Source: Octopus vulgaris (lineage: Eukaryota). Taken from it: a stretch of 64,000 nt of DNA. The notes below the pieces were generated by a model. That model worked only from the letters and a program-made list of their open reading frames with translations, was not told the DNA's origin and searched no databases. The stretch covers positions 101,742,001-101,806,000 of the forward strand of contig OX597820.1 in the NCBI GenBank assembly GCA_951406725.2. Direction: 5' to 3'. The translations under genes and the position numbers were made by a program. Of the stretch, positions 54,701 to 64,000 are shown one piece after another (the first letter of the stretch is position 1; the number at the start of each line of letters is the position of its first letter).

Positions 54701-55926
54701 ATTATATCTAGAATCTGGACACTGAGTTTAAAAACAATTTGTACCTTTTCGTTAGAGAGAAAGAGAGAGAGAGGGGTGTAGCATATAGGGCTTCCTTCCG
54801 AATTATTTTCCTCTTATCAATATCTCTGATGATGGTGGGAGGAAGTAAGGATGTTACTACCAAACAGGAGAACTGGGCTTAAATATTTGCAACACTGAAC
54901 TCTGATAAAAGGCACCCAAGAAGTAGGTTGGTGGTGTTAAACTGGGTGATAGATTAAGTTAGGAGCTGCTGAAAGTGAGTAATTCTCACTGATGATCAAT
55001 GGAAAACTATGAATTTAGGGGATATAATGGGTGATAATAGTGGAGTCAGTGATGTACCTGTATATTTTTTTTTCTTAAATCTTTATCTTCTATTCAGATA
55101 TTAGCTTTAAAACAAATGTAGTACTATAATAAACTGCTTGTTAGTCACAATGACAACAATAATTATGAAATTAGAAATGTGAATAAGTAAATAAAGAAAA
55201 CCAAATATAGATTACCTAAACATGTACACTATAAACAATAAACTAAGGTATAATTTAAAAGATCTAATTCTCAAAACTTGTATTTCCACACATACAATAA
55301 AGGCAGCCACTGCACCTGTAGCATAGAATAATGTCCTGATGTATGTGCATAAATACGCCTGTGTACATGTGGTGTATTTAAAATTTTGATGAATCATAAC
55401 AAGGAGGCATTGAAGAAGTGTTAGTAAAAGAAAGGGCAATAATTAAAAGAAGTTTGAGAAGCACTGGATTAAGTCTACCACTTAAGAACACAGAATGTGA
55501 AGAACTGGAACAGACACAACAAAAAGATTGTAATAATAAGGCTAATCCTTATTTTCCACTGATTTTCTGGCAACTGATGGTTTGGCACCTCTTTTGATCC
55601 AGATAAATTGCAAGCAGCAACTTGAAATTCTTGAAGTTATCACAGTCTAGTTCACTGCAAAACCACAAGTGGCATTGTATGTTCTGTGTTTACGTGCATT
55701 ATTTACACTGCAATTGTTAGAGGTGATAACAAAAGTTTGAGTAATCACCTGTATATCCTTGGTTTAGCTACTACAAGTAATGGAACTGAAAGAATCAGTG
55801 GTAGAGTCAAGTGTAAATACCAAGCCATACTGACTCGAGATAAAATCGGACAATTGTAGAACAATGAGTCATGATATTTCAGAACATAAACTGTGATACG
55901 GATGGCATTGATTCATTTACTATTTA

Positions 55927-56220
55927 TAATTATTTTACCTGACCATCTGTGGTCACATAACAATAATTTATCAACACACCTTTGCTTTTTAATATTCATC
56001 ATCATCATCATCTTGATTTGGCAGAGTTTCTACAGCTGGATGCCAAATCAAGATTGGAGCCTGGTGCAGCCATCTGGTTCGCCAGCCCTCAATCAAAATC
56101 GTCCAACCCATGCTAGCATGGAAAGCGGACATTAAACGATGATGATGATGAATATTAAAAAGCAAAGGTGTGTTGATAAATTATTGTTATGTGACTACAG
56201 ATGGTCAGGTAAAATAATTA
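55927..56220. repeat. Inverted duplication (~83-bp arms, 1 mismatch) around an RTE 3' fragment
   Basis: taattattttacctgaccatctgt(g/a)gtcacataacaataatttatcaacacacctttgctttttaatattcatcatc on both strands. Confidence 0.9.
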
Positions 56221-56693
56221 ATCCATCAAGGTTTTGGAACAAAGGACACCAGAACATTGGTGGTGCACCTATACTTTGTTTTATCAACCCCAAAAAGACG
56301 GAAGACAAAACTGACCCTAGCGGGATTTGAACCCATAGAGCAGAGAGTTAGAACAAATACTGCAAGACATTTATTTTGTCTTAACCTCTAATAACTTTGG
56401 TAACTTGCCACACTGACACTTCACTGAGATTCAGTAAAAGAGAGTATCAAAGACTAGGTTTTGGATTCAGTCCCACTTTGTGTCATTTTAGGGAAAGTGT
56501 CATCTACTATAACTCTGGGTCATCAAAAGCCATGTAAGAGAATTTGGTAAACAGAAACTGAAAGAAGCTCACTGAACATAGAAACAGAATATAAAGTTTC
56601 AAATTTTGGAACAGGACCAGCATTAGCGATGGAGTAAGTTGATTACATCAAACCTATTGTTTAACTGGCACTTATATTTACCCTACCCTAAAA

Positions 56694-56893
56694 GGCGGCA
56701 AAATGCTTAGCGGTATTTCGTCTGTCATTATGTTCTGAGTTCAAATTCCACCGAGGTCGACTTTGCCTTTCATCCTTTCGTGGTCGATAAATAAAGTACC
56801 AGTTTCGCACTGGGGTCGATGTAATCGACTTAATCCCTTTGCCTGTCCTTGTTTGTCCCCTCTATGTTTAGCCCCTTCTGGGCAATAAAGAAA
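56694..56893 (+). mobile_element. SINE family B nested in an older minus-strand copy
   Basis: Flanked by duplicated taccctaaaagg. Confidence 0.75.
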
Positions 56894-57264
56894 TATATAT
56901 TTACCCTAAAAGGATGAAAGGTAAAGTCAACCTCAGTAAATAAAAATGGAAAAAATACAGCTAAACCTTTTTCCCAGCATACTAAGAGTTCTGCCTTACA
57001 CACTTTACACACAAAATATTATAATGCATGTATGTATCTGTGAGTGCATATTTGTGCCTGTCTATTTGTTTCCACTTAAATTTCTTCAAAAACCATTGAG
57101 CAACAAGCAGGGATGTTCGTGATAGTTCCCCTGCCAACAAATTCTCTGCTGCTTTTGCTCCTTCACAGGCATATAGACTAAGAAATCCCTATCTTACTTC
57201 AAAAACTGGTATGGGTTTAGCAACAGGAAGGGTAGCTGGCTGGAAAATGCCTCCTCAATGAAAT

Positions 57265-57710
57265 CAAAATCAAATCAAATTTGCAGATTTGATGACACCA
57301 GTGCCAGCGGAGTGCTAAGAGCACCATCCGAGCATGATTGCTGCCAGAGCAGCTGACTGGCTTCCATGCCGGTGGCACATAAAAAGCACCATTCAAATGT
57401 GAGTGTTATCAGTGTCGCCTTACTGGCATGTGAAAAACATTCGAGTGAGGTCGTTATCAGTGCCATTGGACTGGCTCCTGTGCAGGTGACATATAAAAAC
57501 ACTACTTGACTAGCCCTTGTGCCGGTGGCATGTAAAAGCACCCACTACACTCTCAGAGTGGTTGGCATTAGGAAGGGCATCCAGCTGTAGAAACTCTGGC
57601 AGATCAGATTGGAGCCTGGTGCAGCCATCTGGTTTGCCAGTCCTCAGTCAAATCATCCAACCCATGCTAGCATGGAAAACGGACGTTAAATGATGATGAG
57701 GATGATGATA
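57265..57710 (+). mobile_element. RTE LINE 3' UTR
   Basis: Matches 20590-21056. Confidence 0.85.
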
Positions 57711-58930
57711 ATGAATAATATGTTCATTTAATTGGTTCTTAGTTGGGATCCATATAAGATTTTGCTGTTAAAATTTATCTGCAATAAATTGCTTATATTT
57801 CTACAATACATAAAATATTTTAATTTGATATTTAATTATAAAAATACAATATGATTTTCTTAAAACATCAAATGGCTAGGAAGATCCATCCAAGTAAAAT
57901 AGGAATCAAAACGGTCCCTAGGTAAAAAATGGTTGAGAAATACTGATCTAACCTATGCTGACATGGGAAAATGAACATAAAAACAAACCAATGACTGAAT
58001 GTATGTAAAAAATGAAGCAAAAACGAAAAACACCCCTTTCTTTTATTAAAGAACAAAACAAAAAGACGATAATAGATTTACAATACTTATTTCGGCATAA
58101 AGTAACTTTTCTCCAATGTCCAAGGGAAGTGTTTTTAGCTACTTCTAAATAAGAAGGATTCAGCTTTCAGAAAATTTGTTGAAAAGGTAATTCAATAGCT
58201 TGGTAAAAGAGTCAATTTGAAACCAGCAAACAAGCAGGATTCCAGAGTCTTTTATTGGCAACATTATCAATCATCAAAGGTTTTGTCATCTTTTAGCATG
58301 GGTATTAAGTTTACTGTGTAATATTTAGTTATGAATTTGCCAACATCTGAATTAATTATAGTATAGGGCAAGAAGATCAAATTGCACCACCACCACTACT
58401 ACTACAACTACTACTACTACTACTGCTGCTGCTGCCACCACCACTGCAGCTTGCATTTTTTGAAGCAAACCCATTCTTGTAATAAGTTCGCAACTGCAAA
58501 TTGCTTCAATTTCCAGCAAGAAAAGTTTTACTTCCATTGGCACAATTCCTGACAAAGTTAGTCAATGCCTTAAATTTTCATTTCACTTTCTCCTTAGACA
58601 TCATCATTCTAATGTCTTCAGATGGCATGGTTCAAATGGAGTTTGTAACAGTAAATTTTCTCAGCCAGTTGCCCTTCCTATTTCTAAGCGAAAAAAATTT
58701 TTCTCCATCACCAGATAAGCTTTTGATTGAAAATGGATAACTACGCTTATATGATAGTGAAGCCCATTTCAAACTACTGTGTAACACACAGATAGTAAGA
58801 TTGAGTGAAACAGAAGAACAGATCCCAGTACAAGACTGGTACTGTCAACACTGATCTGAGTACAAAATGTCACAAAGAATACAACAAAACAAACTATCTG
58901 ACATTTTCACAACTTTGCTAGCTCACCATA

Positions 58931-59238
58931 TCTTTATATATAAAACTGAAGTTGTGTGTGTGAGTCTGTCTCCTCCGATTTAGATTCCTAACTACTCCTA
59001 CATTTTGCGGTGCAGTTTAACCAAAAGCGGGTATCTTATAGTCATGATTCATATCGAGCCCTTCTGGGTATTAGCGCGTGTCTACGATGAGTCTATGATT
59101 TAAAAAAAAATTTACCATCATTTTTTCGTTTTTTTTAATGCATTTTTTGCTCGGTTTATATAAGGGAAGTAACTCTCTAAAAATGCTTATATAGTTATTT
59201 CCCTTACAAACCTGAGCAACGCCGGGCGATACTGCTAG
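58931..59238 (+). mobile_element. Non-autonomous Helitron
   Basis: A|TCTTTATATATAAAAC ... gcaacgccgggcgatactgCTAG|T. Confidence 0.8.
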
Positions 59239-59254
59239 TATCATATACATATAG

Positions 59255-59594
59255 AGTAGAAGACACTCTTTGGACATGAATGAGCAAGGAATTGCACCTG
59301 GAAAGTTACCCTCCGAGGTACAAGTCCAGGCAAGGTTGTTTATGGAAGACCAGCAGTCGCCCATACAAACCAGCCTCCCCTCTCCATGCCATTGATGTTA
59401 CCCAAGGGAAAGGCAAAGGGGCCGATACAGCTTTGCACCAGTGATGCTGTAACTCATTTCTACAGCTGAATCAACTGGAGAAACATGAAATAAAGTGTCT
59501 TGTTCAAGAGCACAACACACAGCCAGTCCAGGAATCAAACTCACTACTTTATGATTGTGAGCCCGACACTCTTACCACTGAGCCATGCGCCTTC
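59255..59594 (-). mobile_element. SINE family C
   Basis: Reverse complement of 46457-46750. Confidence 0.8.
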
Positions 59595-59814
59595 ATATAT
59601 ACATATATGCACACATTGATACTGACAATGGAGCTTGGCACAGCTCATGTTGAAGCAGACAACCCATGCCAGCATGGAAAATGGGATGTTATTGGTAAAT
59701 ACATATGTATGTGTATACACATATGAGTATATACATATATGTATATTACTCTACCACTGGTATTTGAGTATTCTTTTTTCCACCTTGTTCCACATTTATG
59801 TGTTTTCTTATACC

Positions 59815-60210
59815 TTTTATTTATTTCAGTCATTAAGACTGTAGCCATGTTGGGGCACCACTTGGAAGAATTTTGGTCAAATGAATAGATTCCAGTATTT
59901 CTTTTAAAGCCTGGTACATAATCTATTGATCTCATTTGCCAAACCACTAAGTTACAGGGATGTAAACATACTAACACTGGTTGTCAAGTGGTGGGAAGGG
60001 TACAAACACAAAGACACACACACAGATATATACATGCATATATATATATATATATATATAATGGGCTTCTTTAGTCTCCCCTCTACCAAATCCACCCACA
60101 AGGCTCTGGTCAACCTGGTACTATAAAAGACACTTGCCCAAGGTGCCATGCAGTGGGGCCAAACTTGGACCCATGTGAATGGGAAGCAAGCTTCTTACCA
60201 CACTTGCACC
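59815..60210 (-). mobile_element. SINE family A
   Basis: Similarity to other copies. Confidence 0.75.
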
Positions 60211-60256
60211 TATCGTAAAAAAAAAAAAAAAAAAAAAGAGGGAAAAGAAGAATTAA

Positions 60257-60479
60257 CCCTTTCATTCCCATATTTCTGTTGAAATACAGTGCCTGTTTTA
60301 ATCAATCCTAAAAAGTAGGAATAATTTACTAAAATAATTTTGTCTTTATCAAACTGGTATTTAGAACACAGATTGACGTGAAATTTCAATGGAAGTTTTG
60401 AATTTAGATCACGTTAAAACAGAAACTTGGTATTTTATAACCAGTGGTGATTGTCTTAGGCAACTTGCTATCAAAAGGG
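60257..60479. mobile_element. piggyBac-type MITE
   Basis: TTAA-ccctttc ... aaaggg-TTAA. Confidence 0.8.
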
Positions 60480-60812
60480 TTAAGTCGGGTGGGGATTTTT
60501 CTGTAATGCCAGATAGTAATGAAGAGAAATGTCTAACCTTTTGAGGAGAAATCTTGCACTGAAAATGAAATTCCTAGCTTGAAGAAGTGACTGAAAAGAT
60601 TTATGCCAAATGTAACACCTATTATGTGCTATTTATTGATTTTTATTTTTCAATTGAAATATGAGAACTTTTAGAGATAACAAATAATCAATTACAGTAG
60701 CTGATATTGGAAATTACAATTGGAAATAAAGTTCTTTATTGGCTGTTATTTAAGGTCTCAGCATTTGATCTATAAAGCACAAAATTAATGTATTATACAC
60801 ACATTATACATA

Positions 60813-60924
<112 letters not shown>

Positions 60925-60957
60925 CACATATATATATATACACATATATATATATAT

Positions 60958-61007
<50 letters not shown>

Positions 61008-61408
61008 TTGGTACAATGATATAATATAATCTCCAGGATACTCTATGAATCATTTTGTGTAACTCCCTCTTCAGGTGTATTAAATAACTTACAACCTTCT
61101 TGAGCAGAGTGAAAGTAGCTGGAACATGTTTCACGATGGACAAAGTTTGAGAAGTAGGAGCTAATTCATAGTGTTGTCTAAAGGATTCCTCTCCCTTTGA
61201 GTGTTGCTGCTAAGTGTATGGATACGCGTGAACCAATACACACGCACTTTGAGGGACGAGTGATGGAGGCAGGGATGATTGTTATTAGCAAGGAATAGGA
61301 GATGTAATACTAGACAAAGGCATTTAGGATGAAAACCAAATGTGTACAAATACATATATATATATATTACTTGTTTCAGTTATCTGACTGCAGCCATATT
61401 GGACACCA

Positions 61409-61439
<31 letters not shown>

Positions 61440-62509
61440 TGTATTTCACACACATATACATCTATTTTGCTATCCAATTTCCATTACTACCACCATTTAT
61501 TACACTGGTTTTCTCATATTTGCTCAAGAGGGCAAATCTTCCCGACACTGTGTTGCCAACCATTTCCATTTTCTTCTCATGTCAAATGTGTGTAGAAGAG
61601 ACAACTGCTCTGATATGGACATATGATGTGGATAAGATAATCAGCAATGAATTAAAATGAACTGCAAGGGGGAACAAGACCAAGGGGAAAAAAGAAAGTA
61701 GTGGTGACATCAGATTTCAAAATGCTGAATCTCACAAAGATGATGATGAAAGATCTATTTCAGTGGTTATATGTTTCATGATGAATCTGTCTCAAAGGCT
61801 AGAGTTCACATAATTAATGTAAGTGGTAGTTGACAATATTTATTTTTATTTAACAAAATTTTGGTAAGAATCTGATCAGCAGTGATAAGCTCAGACTTTT
61901 TTTTGGGGGATATGGCTAAACAACATCTATTTGAAGTTATACTGTGGTGAAAAGATCATGATTCTTTTAATTTCAAATGTTTGAACAATCTTTAAGTCAA
62001 AGAAATAACTATTTAAAATCCATGATCTTTCTAATCACATTTGGAGGTTAAAACAATGTTGTCTGTAGACTAATATCATGAAACACAGTTAAATAGTGGA
62101 ATGGATTTTAAATAGACACTTCATTTTCCTTTTACTTGTGTCAGTCATTAGACTGCAGCCATGGTGGGGTACTGCATTGGAAAAAAGAAAATTGTCAAAT
62201 GGCCTTAATGCAAATTTTGGCTCTTATTAGTGTCACTTGACCAATCCTAAAAATACTTGTTTCAAATTTTGGAGCAAGGCCAGCAACTTTAGTTGGAAGA
62301 AGTTAGTTGATTCCATTCACCCCCAATGCTCAACTGATACTGTATGTCGTTGACATTAAAGGGATGAAAAACAAGTTGACCATGGCAGTTTTTGAACTCG
62401 GAGCATAAAGAGCTGGAAGAAATGTTGCTAAGCATTTTGTCCTATGTGCTAATGATCCTACTAGCTCACAGCCATTATAAGATTGTCAGCAATGGGATAT
62501 ACATACATA

Positions 62510-63142
62510 CACAGGAGGGGGAAGTCAAAATTTATCTGCACTCTCACCATAACATACCTTTATTATTGTCACACTGCCTTCTACACATGAGTGTTTATAG
62601 TTGGTACTATTGTGGTCACGTAATCAAAATTTGAGCCTGATCGCTCCACTAGCAATGTGCAGCAAAGAAGAACAAAGAGTAGTCATCTGATTTCTCTGGT
62701 TGGAAGGTGTGTTAAGTACTGAAATTCATCAGTGGCTTTTATCACAATACGGGGACAATGCACTGCTGAGTAGAAGTGTGCATTAGTGGATTGAGAACTT
62801 TAAAAGTAGCTGGACAAGTGTGACACACAAAGAGGGAGAAGGACGCCCCGTCAACCTCCAACACTGAGGAGAAAATTCAGCAAGCTCAAGAGATGGTATT
62901 GGTGAACCGGTTCACTATTACCATCTCTTGGATCATTGCTCTTTGTTCTTCTTTGGTGAACATTGTTAGTGGGGCAGCCATGCTTATATTGTAAAGCCAG
63001 CAAGAAAAATGGAGTGATCAGGCTCAAACTTTCATCATGTGACCACAATACTACCAATTATAAGCACGCACGCACAGAAGGCAGTGAGACAATAATAAAG
63101 ATGTTATGGCGAAAGTGCGGATAATTTTTGACTTCCTTCGTG
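62510..63142 (+). mobile_element. Deleted mariner element with ~140-bp TIRs
   Basis: TA flanks; arms about 62510-62648 and 63010-63142; internal WIENFKSSWTSVTHKEGEGRP and EEKIQQAQEMVLVNR. Confidence 0.85.
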
Positions 63143-63299
63143 TATATATAGACACACACACACATACACATATATATATATATATACATACATATATATA
63201 CATGCATATATACATATATATATATATATACATACATATATATATACATACATACATATATATATATAAATACACATACATATACATACATATATATAT

Positions 63300-63703
63300 C
63301 AGGGTCATGCCGCCTAGGTAGGCAAGGTAGGCAGTGCCTACTTGAATAAAATAGATTGAAAGCAACATTTTCCTTTTATGGCAAAATATGCACCTAATTC
63401 AATAAAATTATAAAGGTTACTCTGATTACTATGCATAAAATGCAAAATATTTTATTTTTTTGTAGATTAGGTAGGCATAATTCGTCTCTGCTTTTCAATT
63501 TCAGTATTTAAGCTACGCATAGTACTGCTGTAGTACATGTGCTGCATACACTCCTACAACACTGTTTTCTTTATGTGCTATAAAGGCAGAAGTAAATCTG
63601 CCTTCAATTCAGTTGCACGCCTGTGTTTCGCTTATTTTCTATGTGTTTACTACATAAAGGTTACCAACTGCCTACCCCAAGTAATTACTGACGGCACATG
63701 CCT
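63300..63703. mobile_element. hAT-like MITE
   Basis: cagggtcatgccgcc..gtaggcag / ctgcctac..gacggcacatgcct ends; inserted in (TA)n. Confidence 0.6.
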
Positions 63704-64000
63704 ATATATATATATACTTATATATATATACTTATATATATATACACACATACACTGTGTGGTTAATATGTTTGCTTCTCAGTTATATGGTTTCTTGTTC
63801 AGATTCACTATATGGAACCTTGGGCAAGTGTCTTCTACTGTTGGCCCTGTCCTACTAAAGCCTTAGCCCCCAAGTAGATTTGGAACACAGAAAATTCAAG
63901 TTCATCATATATCTGTGTATAGATATATAGGTATGTTTGTGTGAATGTGTGCATGGGTGTTTTTGCTGCCTTATCCTTGACACTGCACTATAGTTACAAA

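Noticed and set aside
58352-58555. Candidate upstream exon of the 48.7-kb gene
   Set aside because: Weak acceptor, runs into a (GTA/GTG)n tract, no convincing donor

Overview
AT-rich, microsatellite-dense animal genomic DNA; the SINE/RTE/Penelope/Helitron repeat complement suggests a coleoid cephalopod (Octopus-like), which is an inference. Most of the supplied ORFs are microsatellite or SINE artefacts. The window is mainly repeats: three tRNA-headed SINE families, RTE-clade LINE remnants, Tc1/mariner/DD37D/Chapaev-like transposase remnants, hAT, piggyBac and mariner MITEs, non-autonomous Helitrons and Penelope-like fragments. Only one credible host coding exon was found: a minus-strand terminal exon at 48679-48935 encoding a membrane-protein C-terminus, which I could not name. 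The most notable signal is a set of type-I hammerhead ribozyme motifs in short (TA)n-embedded Penelope-like elements: three with canonical cores, two with a shared CCGANGA core (one in a mirrored palindrome) and several degenerate ones. There are also several fold-back structures and local duplications. All calls are by eye and coordinates of decayed repeats are approximate.
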